From contig JAXHNJ010000002.1 of NCBI GenBank assembly GCA_034520665.1, positions 179,166 through 243,165 of the forward strand: a stretch of 64,000 bases of DNA, given 5' to 3'. The stretch is from Patescibacteria group bacterium (lineage in GTDB: Bacteria; Patescibacteriota; Patescibacteriia; JAXHNJ01). The translations under genes and the position numbers were made by a program. The notes beneath the pieces are model-generated. The model saw only the letters and a program-made list of their open reading frames with translations. It was not told where the DNA came from and searched no databases. This document shows positions 40,050 to 49,222 of the stretch, one piece after another (position 1 is the stretch's first letter; the number at the start of each line of letters is the position of its first letter).

Positions 40050-41210
40050 GTGTCTATGATTGATGATTTGGAAAAAAGAGAACAAAACTCAAAAAAACCC
40101 CCAAATCTTGTAAATAAAAAAATAAAGAAGAAGAAAAATCATCCCGCACTAAGATACTGGGGAAAGATTGTTTTAGTTTTAACTATTGCTTTATTAATAG
40201 TTGGTCTTTCTTTATCTTTTAAAATAATTTCTTCAGTTAGCTCACATTCAGGCGGCGTTGACGGAGAAAAAATATCAGTTTTTCAGCAAATCGGTAACTT
40301 ACTTTCCAATCAGGGAGAAAAATTAAAAGGTGAAGAAAATGATCGAATAAATATATTACTGATGGGTATGGGCGGCTATGGTCACCAAGGCTCGCTTTTA
40401 ACTGACACTATTATCTTAGCCAGCTTTAAACCCTCTACTAAACAAATAGCTCTGCTTTCTATTCCCCGCGATCTAGCTGTAGAATATCCCGGAGATTATT
40501 ACTGGCGCAAAATAAATAATTCCTTAGCCTTTGGCCGCGATATGGCCTACCCGGGCGGAGGAGAAGCTCTGGCTAATGATTTAGTAGAACAAGTCACCGG
40601 CCAAAAAATACACTACTATGGTTTGATTGACTTTACCGGTTTTGAACAAATTATTAATGGATTAGGTGGTATTAAAATTAATGTAGAAACGAGCTTTACT
40701 GATTATTCCTACCCCACTTCTGATTATGGCTATCAAACACTTTCTTTTTCGGCTGGTGAACAAATGATGGACGGAGCCACTGCTTTAAAGTTTGTTCGTT
40801 CAAGACACGGTACTAATGGTGAAGGTTCCGATTTTGCTCGGGCTAAAAGACAGCAAAAAATAATAATTGCCCTTAAAAATAAAATAACTTCCTTTTCTAC
40901 ACTAATCAGCCCGAAAAAAATTGCCGAGATATTAAATACCTTAGGCGGCCATACAAAAACTGACCTGGAAATTTGGGAAATGCTAAGGCTTTATAAACTA
41001 ACTCAAAGTACAGGGCAAGAAAATTTTAAATCAATAGTCCTTGATAACGCTGCTGATGGTTTACTGGAAACCGAAACCGGTATTAACGGAGCTTATATCT
41101 TAGTACCCCAGGCTGATAATTTTTCTCAGATACATGAATTCTGTGAAAATATTTTTCAAAAAAAACAAAAAATAGAAGAAGATAGTGCACAAATTAGCCT
41201 GCAAAAATAA
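40050..41210 (+). CDS. LytR-CpsA-Psr (LCP) family protein
   Basis: TDTII, LSIPRD, RSRHG, DFARAKRQQ. Confidence 0.92.
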   Translation: MSMIDDLEKREQNSKKPPNLVNKKIKKKKNHPALRYWGKIVLVLTIALLIVGLSLSFKIISSVSSHSGGVDGEKISVFQQIGNLLSNQGEKLKGEENDRINILLMGMGGYGHQGSLLTDTIILASFKPSTKQIALLSIPRDLAVEYPGDYYWRKINNSLAFGRDMAYPGGGEALANDLVEQVTGQKIHYYGLIDFTGFEQIINGLGGIKINVETSFTDYSYPTSDYGYQTLSFSAGEQMMDGATALKFVRSRHGTNGEGSDFARAKRQQKIIIALKNKITSFSTLISPKKIAEILNTLGGHTKTDLEIWEMLRLYKLTQSTGQENFKSIVLDNAADGLLETETGINGAYILVPQADNFSQIHEFCENIFQKKQKIEEDSAQISLQK

Positions 41211-41240
41211 CATTAATTACCATAATCTATTGCTGATATT

Positions 41241-41768
41241 ATGAAATTGATTGTCGGACTGGGTAATCCCGGTAAAAAATACAAAAACAACCGCCATAAT
41301 CTTGGATTTATGGTCATTGATGCTTTGGCCGAAGATTTCAAGGAAAAATTAAAGCACTGTAAACGTACAAACTCAAAACGCACCAAAGTAAAAATACGAA
41401 ACAAAGAAATAATGCTAGCCAAACCTCAAACTTTTATAAATAATTCCGGCTTAGCGGTAAAAAAAATAATTAATTATTATAAAATAAAACCTCAAGATGT
41501 CTGGATAATTTTTGATGATATTGACCTGCCTTTGGGAAAAATAAGAATTCGCTACCAAGGGTCAAGTGGCGGTCATAAGGGTCTAGCCTCAATTATTGAA
41601 AATTTAAAGACAGATCATTTTAACCGCTTGCGTGTCGGTATTGGTTCTAACCGAGAAAAAAATATACCGGCCGAAAAATACGTTCTCCAAAATTTTAAAA
41701 AAAATGAAATAAAAACTATCAATCAAACTATCAAAGAAGTGGTAGAAATATTAAAAAAAGAAATATAA
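41241..41768 (+). CDS. pth: Peptidyl-tRNA hydrolase
   Basis: IVGLGNPG, RHNLGF, GGHKG. Confidence 0.96.
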   Translation: MKLIVGLGNPGKKYKNNRHNLGFMVIDALAEDFKEKLKHCKRTNSKRTKVKIRNKEIMLAKPQTFINNSGLAVKKIINYYKIKPQDVWIIFDDIDLPLGKIRIRYQGSSGGHKGLASIIENLKTDHFNRLRVGIGSNREKNIPAEKYVLQNFKKNEIKTINQTIKEVVEILKKEI

Positions 41769-41772
41769 AAAA

Positions 41773-41939
41773 ACTTGCTTCAAAATTACTACCTACAAGC
41801 TTAAAGTCCGGCTCCAAAGGGAACAAAACCTTAACTTGAGGCTACAAGCGATTAGGAGGGGGCACCGCCTGGTTACCACTTGTAGGTAGTAGCCTTAAAA
41901 CAAGTCTTATAAAAATATAATTATTATTTATAGGTTCGA
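41773..41939 (-). ncRNA. Candidate structured ncRNA
   Basis: 27-bp closing stem with 4 G-U pairs on the minus strand, downstream of TTGACA-17-TAAGGT. Confidence 0.45.
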
Positions 41940-42043
41940 TAGGACACCTTATCATATATTTTGTTATATGTCAAGTATTTTTTAAAAATAAAATGATAAA
42001 TTAAGCTAATATTAGCTGATTATAGCTAAATTAATAAAAACTT

Positions 42044-45000
42044 TTGAAAAAAGAAAAGCTAGAAAAATCCCTGCAAAAGGTTAAAAAAACAAAATCATCC
42101 AAAAAAATAAAGATCTCTGGCCTCTCCAATCAAAGTGCCAAAGCTTTATTTGTTTTGGCTCTTTTTTCATATTTTAATAAAAACAATCTCTTTTGGCTGG
42201 TTAAAAATGAAAAAGAAAAAGAAGAAATAATGGAGAATTTACAATATTTTCAGGAAGAAGATAAATTCGATAAGAAAATAAAGGCCTTTAATCTCTATTC
42301 CATTAGCGGTAAACTGCTCTTCTTTCTGGAAAAAAATAACCCAAGCATATTTTTAGGCACTATAGAAGACTTTAATAAAGAAGTGCCAACAAAAGAAAAA
42401 TATCAGGAAAATATTATTTCTTTAGAAAAAGGACAAAAATTAAGTCCGGCTAAAATCTCACAACAATTAATAAAAATGGGTTACCAATTTGACCGTTTTG
42501 CTGCCGCCCCTGGATTTTTCAGCCGGCAAGGCAGTGTGGTCAGTATTTATACTGAAAATTACTCTTACCCTCAAAGAATTGAATTAAGTGATCAGAAAAT
42601 AGAAAAAATTCAATCCTTTAATGCCAAAAATAAAAAAATAATAAAGAAAAAATCTAAAATAAAGATAATCCCGGCTAATCTAGAATTTATAAAAAAAGAA
42701 ATCAAACTTCACCAGTATTTGAGAAATTTGGATAATAAAAAAAATATTTTAATCAGCAGTGATCCTGATGAAGAAAGTAATATATTTGAAAAATTAAAAT
42801 TTTTAGAAAAAATATTATTCTATACTCTAGAAAAAGAAAAATATATTAAGCTTGATTTTTCAGCACCACCCTATTTCCACAAAAACTTCAAGAAAGCCGC
42901 TGAGGAATTAAGATTACGAAAAAAAGAGAAATATCACATAGTCATAGCCACAAAAAATAAAAAAGCTATAAAAGAATTTTTCAAAAGATACAATTTAAAG
43001 AATATAAATATAAAAAGTCTTCCTTCGAACAAAATAGAAGGTTTTATAAGCCCACAAAACAAAGTGCTTTTTTTAACTGACAAGGAAATTTTCGGAGAGC
43101 AGCAGGATAAAAATGAATTTAAAAGAAGAAAAACCAGTTTTGATTTGATTTACGAATTAAAACCTAATGACTATGTGGTTCATATGGACCATGGCATTGG
43201 GCGTTTTTTAGGTATAGTTAAAAGAAAAATTAATAATCATTATAAAGAATATTTTTCCCTAGCTTATGCTGAAAATGATAAACTTTTTGTACCAGTAGAA
43301 AACGCCGATAAAATAACCAAATATATCGGCGAGGCTCGGCCAAAATTACACCGCTTATCAAGTACTTCTTGGCTACAAACTACTAATAAAATTAAAAAAT
43401 CAGCCGAAAAAACCGCCCGTCAGCTCATTAAGCTCTATGCGGCCAGAGAAACGGCCAAAGCTATTCCACTTAAAGAATATCCGCCAGAAGAAAAAGAGTT
43501 GGAAATTAGTTTTGAGCATAAAGAAACTCCGGATCAAGCCAAAGTCATCTCAGAAGTCCTGGAAGATTTAAGTAAAAATAAACCAACCGACCGTCTAATT
43601 TGCGGTGATGTTGGTTTTGGCAAAACTGAAGTGGCCGTCCGAGCCGCTTATCGGGCTTTTTTAAACCATAAACAAACAGCCCTTCTCTGCCCGACCACTC
43701 TTTTAACTCAACAACACTATGACACTTTTAAAGAGCGCTTGGATAAACTTGGTTTAAAAATTGCTCTTTTAAGCCGTGTTCAGACACCAAGTCAGCAAAA
43801 GGAAATACTAACAAAATTAAAAACCGGTTTAATTGATATTATTATTGGCACTCACCGACTTCTTTCTCAAGACATAAAATTTAAAGATTTAGCTTTAATC
43901 ATTATTGACGAAGAACAAAGATTCGGGGTTAAAGACAAAGAAAGATTAAAATCCTTCCGTGAAGAAGCCCACGTCCTCACGCTTTCTGCTACTCCCATCC
44001 CCAGGACTCTAAATTTTTCCCTTACTGGTCTTAGAGATATCTCTATTATTAAAACTCCTCCCCAGGGTCGAAAAACCGTGGAAACCCATATCATACCTTT
44101 TTCTGAAAAAACTATAAGTCAAGCCATAAAAAAAGAAATGGCCAGAAAAGGGCAAGTCTATTACCTGCATAATCGCGTAGAAACTATTGCTCTAAAGGCT
44201 AAACATATAAAAAAACTTATTCCCAAAGCCCGCATCGGTATTGCTCATGGACAACTGATAGAAAAAGAACTTATGGAAGCTATGAAAAATTTTGATAACC
44301 GAAAAACTGATGTTTTGATTTGTTCCACTATTATTGAAAATGGTCTGGATTTACCTAATGCCAATACTTTAATTGTGGAAAACTCTACTCGTTTTGGCCT
44401 GGGTGATTTATATCAGTTGCGAGGACGTATCGGGCGCTCCGAAAAAAAGGCTTATGCCTACTTTCTTTATAACTCTAGAAAATTAAATAGCCGGGCCAGA
44501 AAAAGACTGGGAGCCCTTTTACAGGCTAAGCAGCTCGGTTCTGGTTTTCAATTAGCCCTGCGAGATCTTCAAATCAGGGGCTCAGGCAATATATTAGGTC
44601 ATAAACAATCCGGTCATATTAAAGCTATTGGTCTTAACCTTTATGTTCGACTTTTAAATCAGGCTATTGAAGAAGCTAAAACCGGCAAAAAACAAAATGT
44701 ATACCGGGACGTTATAATTGACCTGCCTTTGGATATCAGTATTCCTGATTATGTTATTTCTCAGCAGGCTAAAAGACTTAAGGTTTATCAGGAAATGGCT
44801 AATTTTTTGAGTGTCAAAGAATTAGAAGACTATCGGCGTAAATTTAAAAAGAAATACGAGCAAGAACCTCAGGAAGTAAAAAATCTTTTTGCTATGCTTA
44901 AGCTTAAAATAACGGCCCAAAAAGTTGGCATTACTCATATTTCTCATTCAAAAATAAATATTAGCGGTGAGTCAAAAGAAAAAATTACTCTCACTTTTTC

Positions 45001-45148
45001 TCATAAAATAAATCCAGATAAACTCAAAAATTTACTGGAAAAAAATAAAAACTGGGATTTTACTGAAGAACAAATAAAGATTGAAAAAAATGATCTGGGG
45101 GAAAAATGGTTGTCAAATTTAACCAAGTGTGTTAGAGTATTTACATAG
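42044..45148 (+). CDS. mfd: Transcription-repair coupling factor
   Basis: VVHMDHGIG (CarD/RID), GDVGFGKTEVA, DEEQRFG, QLRGRIGR, RDLQIRG. Confidence 0.95.
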   Translation: MKKEKLEKSLQKVKKTKSSKKIKISGLSNQSAKALFVLALFSYFNKNNLFWLVKNEKEKEEIMENLQYFQEEDKFDKKIKAFNLYSISGKLLFFLEKNNPSIFLGTIEDFNKEVPTKEKYQENIISLEKGQKLSPAKISQQLIKMGYQFDRFAAAPGFFSRQGSVVSIYTENYSYPQRIELSDQKIEKIQSFNAKNKKIIKKKSKIKIIPANLEFIKKEIKLHQYLRNLDNKKNILISSDPDEESNIFEKLKFLEKILFYTLEKEKYIKLDFSAPPYFHKNFKKAAEELRLRKKEKYHIVIATKNKKAIKEFFKRYNLKNINIKSLPSNKIEGFISPQNKVLFLTDKEIFGEQQDKNEFKRRKTSFDLIYELKPNDYVVHMDHGIGRFLGIVKRKINNHYKEYFSLAYAENDKLFVPVENADKITKYIGEARPKLHRLSSTSWLQTTNKIKKSAEKTARQLIKLYAARETAKAIPLKEYPPEEKELEISFEHKETPDQAKVISEVLEDLSKNKPTDRLICGDVGFGKTEVAVRAAYRAFLNHKQTALLCPTTLLTQQHYDTFKERLDKLGLKIALLSRVQTPSQQKEILTKLKTGLIDIIIGTHRLLSQDIKFKDLALIIIDEEQRFGVKDKERLKSFREEAHVLTLSATPIPRTLNFSLTGLRDISIIKTPPQGRKTVETHIIPFSEKTISQAIKKEMARKGQVYYLHNRVETIALKAKHIKKLIPKARIGIAHGQLIEKELMEAMKNFDNRKTDVLICSTIIENGLDLPNANTLIVENSTRFGLGDLYQLRGRIGRSEKKAYAYFLYNSRKLNSRARKRLGALLQAKQLGSGFQLALRDLQIRGSGNILGHKQSGHIKAIGLNLYVRLLNQAIEEAKTGKKQNVYRDVIIDLPLDISIPDYVISQQAKRLKVYQEMANFLSVKELEDYRRKFKKKYEQEPQEVKNLFAMLKLKITAQKVGITHISHSKINISGESKEKITLTFSHKINPDKLKNLLEKNKNWDFTEEQIKIEKNDLGEKWLSNLTKCVRVFT

Positions 45149-45220
45149 ACAAAAAATGTAAAGAAGGTGGCTAATCTCTGAGCCATTTTTTTGTTTTAAT
45201 AAAAAAAGGGTAGATAATTT

Positions 45221-45484
45221 CTACCCCTTAAGGTTTAAAGAAAGCTGCTTTTCTTGAGCTTCTTTCTTCTTTTTTCTTCCCCGTAAATAACCTTTGGCCA
45301 CCCGGAAGGCTTCTCTAATATGAAACTTTCTTGGTCCATGTAATTTTCCCTCGCATTCAAAGCCAATATTCTTTAATTCTTGTTCATCTCTTACTAAAAA
45401 CTTAATAATAAATTCATCAACTCTCACTTCTAATTTAATAATTCTCCCCGCTTTTTCTTCAATCTCAAAAACCTGTCCAGTCAT
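45221..45484 (-). CDS. Hypothetical protein
   Basis: 87-aa ORF with AAGGAG SD. Confidence 0.65.
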   Translation of the reverse strand: MTGQVFEIEEKAGRIIKLEVRVDEFIIKFLVRDEQELKNIGFECEGKLHGPRKFHIREAFRVAKGYLRGRKKKKEAQEKQLSLNLKG

Positions 45485-45546
45485 TTTTCAGCTCCTTTTT
45501 TAAAAAGATCTATACTAACAACCCAGACTAACATTAAATTAATTAC

Positions 45547-46647
45547 ATGTCAAATAATAAATTAAAAAAAGAAAAAATTTACTGGCTTTTTTTTAGTTTA
45601 GTAAAAGACTTAGGGCCCAGAAAAATTATTTATCTGGATAAATTTTTTGGCTCTTTAAAAAATGCTTTTGCCAGCAGCTTTTCAAAATTAAAAAAATCAA
45701 AAATAGAAGAAAAAACTATAAATAATATTATAGAAGCCAAAAATAAAATAAATCTCAAACAAAAATTGGAATATTTAAAAAAAAGTAAAATAAAATATGT
45801 TTATTTAAAAGAAAAAAGCTACCCTCGTCTTTTAAAAGAAATTTATACTCCCCCGCCGGTGTTGTTTTATAAAGGAAACTTAAAACAGGATGAATATAAT
45901 TTAGCTATTGTCGGCACCAGAAAGACCTCTTCCTATGGCCGTCAAGTAACTGCTGAAATAGCCGGTCATTTAGCCAGTCAGGGGTTAACCATTGTTTCCG
46001 GTCTGGCTTTAGGTATTGATACCTTAGCTCATAAGGCCGCTTTAGATCATAACGGGCGCACAATCGCTGTTTTAGGTTCGGGTTTGAACAAAGTACATCC
46101 CCGATCTAATATAAGACTAGCTGAAAAAATAATAGAATCAAGAGGCTTGATTATCTCTGAATTCTCTCCCTTAACGCCTCCTTTAAAACAGAATTTTCCC
46201 CGAAGAAACCGCATTATTTCCGGGCTTTCTCTGGGTACCTTAGTAATTGAAGCTCCGAAAAAATCCGGGGCTTTAATCACCGCCCGCTACGCCCTGGAAC
46301 AAAATCGGGAAGTTTTTGCTGTACCCGGCTCAATTTACAGCCAAAATTCAGTCGGCACTAATAATATTATAAAACAAGGAGCTAAAGTAGTAACTCAAAG
46401 TGATGACTTATTAGAGGCTTTGAACCTAAAAGAAGTAAAAAAATACAGAGAAAATAAGAAAAGCCTGCCAAAAAGCCCCGAGGAGGAAAAAATAATGGGG
46501 ATACTTAAAACTGAATCACTTCATGTTGACAAAATAATTCAACATAGTAAACTAGAACCTAGCGTCGTTAATTCTACTCTGTCCCTAATGGAAATGAAGG
46601 GACTGGTTAAAAATATCGGCGGTATGATTTATACCAAAGCAAGATAA
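45547..46647 (+). CDS. dprA: DNA-processing protein DprA
   Basis: AIVGTR, VSGLALGID, FPRRNRIISGLS, SGALITA. Confidence 0.96.
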   Translation: MSNNKLKKEKIYWLFFSLVKDLGPRKIIYLDKFFGSLKNAFASSFSKLKKSKIEEKTINNIIEAKNKINLKQKLEYLKKSKIKYVYLKEKSYPRLLKEIYTPPPVLFYKGNLKQDEYNLAIVGTRKTSSYGRQVTAEIAGHLASQGLTIVSGLALGIDTLAHKAALDHNGRTIAVLGSGLNKVHPRSNIRLAEKIIESRGLIISEFSPLTPPLKQNFPRRNRIISGLSLGTLVIEAPKKSGALITARYALEQNREVFAVPGSIYSQNSVGTNNIIKQGAKVVTQSDDLLEALNLKEVKKYRENKKSLPKSPEEEKIMGILKTESLHVDKIIQHSKLEPSVVNSTLSLMEMKGLVKNIGGMIYTKAR

Positions 46648-46651
46648 AATA

Positions 46652-48892
46652 ATGAGTAAAACAAAAAATAAAAATCTGGTTATTGTTGAATCACCAACTA
46701 AAGCCAAAACAATCTCCCGTTTTTTAGGGAGTGATTTTAATATTAAATCTTCCTATGGCCATTTGCGTGATTTACCTAAAAAAAAGTTAGGTATTGATAC
46801 TAAAAATAACTTTGAGCCCGAATATGTAGTCAGCCAGGATAATCAAAAAACTGTTGCCTCTTTAAAAAAAGCAGCTAAAAAAGCTAAGACTGTTTATTTT
46901 GCTACTGATGAAGACCGTGAAGGTGAAGCTATTGCCTGGCATTTGGCTCAGTTATTCAAAACTCCAGATGAGAAACTAAAAAGAATTACTTTTGATGAAA
47001 TAACTAAAGAAGCTATAAAAGAAGCCATTAAAAATCCGCGTAAGATAGATCAGAACTTAGTTGACGCCCAGCAAGCCCGCCGGGTGCTTGATCGCTTGGT
47101 TGGTTATAAACTCTCTCCTCTTCTCTGGAAAAAAGTAGCCAGAGGTTTATCAGCCGGACGAGTACAATCAGTGGCTGTACGTTTGATAGCCCAAAGAGAA
47201 GAAGAAATAGAAGAATTTAAACCAAAAGAGTATTGGGTAATTGAAGCGGTTTTTAAGAAAAAAAATGGTCAGGAAATTACCACTAAACTAGCTAAAATCA
47301 AGGGTAAATCTTTGCGTAAATTTGATCTATCAAGCCAGAAAGACGTCAATGAGGTTAAGAAAAAAATAGAAAGCGGAGAATATAAAGTAACTTTCCTAAG
47401 TCAAAAAAAGACGACCCGAAAACCAAAGCCACCCTTTACCACTTCTTCCCTTCAGCAAGAAGCTAACCGTCGTTTTGGCTATTCAGCTAAGCAAACTATG
47501 TACCTGGCTCAAAGGCTTTACGAAGGTATTGAACTAGGAGATAAAGAAGCTACTGGTTTAATCACTTACATGAGAACTGACTCACTGAATTTATCTGATA
47601 AATTCTTAAATGAATCCAGAAAATATATTGAAAGTAAAATAGGAAAGGAATACTTACCCTCAGACCCTCAACGCTATAAAACAAAATCAAAAGGAGCTCA
47701 AGAAGCACATGAAGCTATTCGACCGACTTCTGCTTTCCGTTTTCCTCAAAGTATAAAAAAGCATATTGATAAAAAACAATATAATATATACCAATTAATA
47801 TGGCAAAGAGCTGTAGCTTGTCAAATGAATCCGGCTCAAGCCGAATCTACCACTGCTCTTATTGGTAACGGAGAGGTAAGTTTTAAAGCTCGCGGGGTGA
47901 CTCTAAAATTTGATGGCTATTTAAAAATATATCCCGATAAAATAAAAGAAAATATACTGCCTCCTTTAAAAAAAGAGGAAAAACTTGATATAAATAAATT
48001 AAAACCTGAACAGAATTTTACTAAACCACCAGCCAGATATTCAGAAGCCGGACTAGTGAAAGCCTTAGAAAATAAAGGTATCGGCCGACCTTCTACCTAT
48101 GCTCCGACTATTGATACTATTCAAAAAAGAAAATATGTGGTTAAAGAAGAAAGAAGACTAAAACCAACCGATATTGGCCGGCTAGTCAATAAGGTTTTGG
48201 TCAAACATTTCCCGAATATAGTTAGTTATGAATTTACCGCTCAAATGGAAGATAAGCTGGATAAAATTGCCCAAAATAAAATAGAATGGAAACCGGTGAT
48301 AAAAAAATTCTATAAACCTTTTAAAAATAATTTAAAGAAAAAAGAAATGGAACTATCAAAAAAAGAACTGACTGAAGAAAAGTCAAAATATAAATGTGAC
48401 AAGTGCGGCCAGCCCATGGTTATAAAAATGGGCCGTTTCGGCAAATTTTTAGCCTGTAGCGGCTATCCTGATTGTCGAAATACTAAACCTTTGGATGATA
48501 AGGGCCGTATTCAAAAAAAGAAAAAAGAAGAAAAAACCGATTTAAAGTGTGATAAATGTGGTGCTCCCATGGTTAAAAAAACCGGCCGCTACGGTCCTTT
48601 CCTGGCTTGCTCAGCCTATCCTAAATGTAAAAATATAAAAAATATTGAGAAAGGCACCGGCGTCACTTGTCCTAAATGTGGTAAAGGTGAGATTGTACAA
48701 AAAAGAAGCCGCCGTGGCAAATATTTTTATGCCTGTAACCAATATCCAGATTGTAAGTTCGCTTTGTGGGCTAAACCGACCGGCCATAAATGTCCTAAAT
48801 GCGGCTCGCTTATGCTTTTTGCTAAAGATGATATGGAACAATGTTCAAATAAAGAATGCAAGCACAAGCAAGAATATAAAGAAAAAAAATAA
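46652..48892 (+). CDS. topA: DNA topoisomerase I with C-terminal Zn ribbons
   Basis: IVESPTKA, DEDREGE, SAGRVQS, ITYMRTD. Confidence 0.98.
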   Translation: MSKTKNKNLVIVESPTKAKTISRFLGSDFNIKSSYGHLRDLPKKKLGIDTKNNFEPEYVVSQDNQKTVASLKKAAKKAKTVYFATDEDREGEAIAWHLAQLFKTPDEKLKRITFDEITKEAIKEAIKNPRKIDQNLVDAQQARRVLDRLVGYKLSPLLWKKVARGLSAGRVQSVAVRLIAQREEEIEEFKPKEYWVIEAVFKKKNGQEITTKLAKIKGKSLRKFDLSSQKDVNEVKKKIESGEYKVTFLSQKKTTRKPKPPFTTSSLQQEANRRFGYSAKQTMYLAQRLYEGIELGDKEATGLITYMRTDSLNLSDKFLNESRKYIESKIGKEYLPSDPQRYKTKSKGAQEAHEAIRPTSAFRFPQSIKKHIDKKQYNIYQLIWQRAVACQMNPAQAESTTALIGNGEVSFKARGVTLKFDGYLKIYPDKIKENILPPLKKEEKLDINKLKPEQNFTKPPARYSEAGLVKALENKGIGRPSTYAPTIDTIQKRKYVVKEERRLKPTDIGRLVNKVLVKHFPNIVSYEFTAQMEDKLDKIAQNKIEWKPVIKKFYKPFKNNLKKKEMELSKKELTEEKSKYKCDKCGQPMVIKMGRFGKFLACSGYPDCRNTKPLDDKGRIQKKKKEEKTDLKCDKCGAPMVKKTGRYGPFLACSAYPKCKNIKNIEKGTGVTCPKCGKGEIVQKRSRRGKYFYACNQYPDCKFALWAKPTGHKCPKCGSLMLFAKDDMEQCSNKECKHKQEYKEKK

Positions 48893-48907
48893 GTTATATA
48901 AAAAGTA

Positions 48908-48938
48908 AAAAGCCCCTTTAAATGGCCTAGGGGCTTTT
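48908..48938. terminator. Bidirectional intrinsic terminator
   Basis: AAAAGCCCCT...AGGGGCTTTT between convergent genes. Confidence 0.7.
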
Positions 48939-48958
48939 ATTATAACAATAAAATAAAA

Positions 48959-49084
48959 CTAACAGCTATGATCTCTTTTCGATAATCTTTCAGCGTGATG
49001 TTTTTTATCACGTCTGACAACAATAAAAGTAATTATACCAATTAATAATAGTAAAGCGCCAAGAGGGGCTAACCAGGCTAGCAT
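48959..49084 (-). CDS. 41-aa single-TM small protein
   Basis: AAGGAGGT SD then ATG; MLAWLAPLGALLLLIGIITFIVVRRDKKHHAERLSKRDHSC. Confidence 0.7.
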   Translation of the reverse strand: MLAWLAPLGALLLLIGIITFIVVRRDKKHHAERLSKRDHSC

Positions 49085-49222
49085 AGCCGTCACCTCCTTA
49101 TTTTGGTAAAGTTCGAATTAGAGTCTATATTTATTTATCCTTTGAATATAGCTTACTAATATATTATATTCTTCCAAAAATGTCAAAAAAATTCTTTAAT
49201 TAGATTTTATCTATATTAACTA

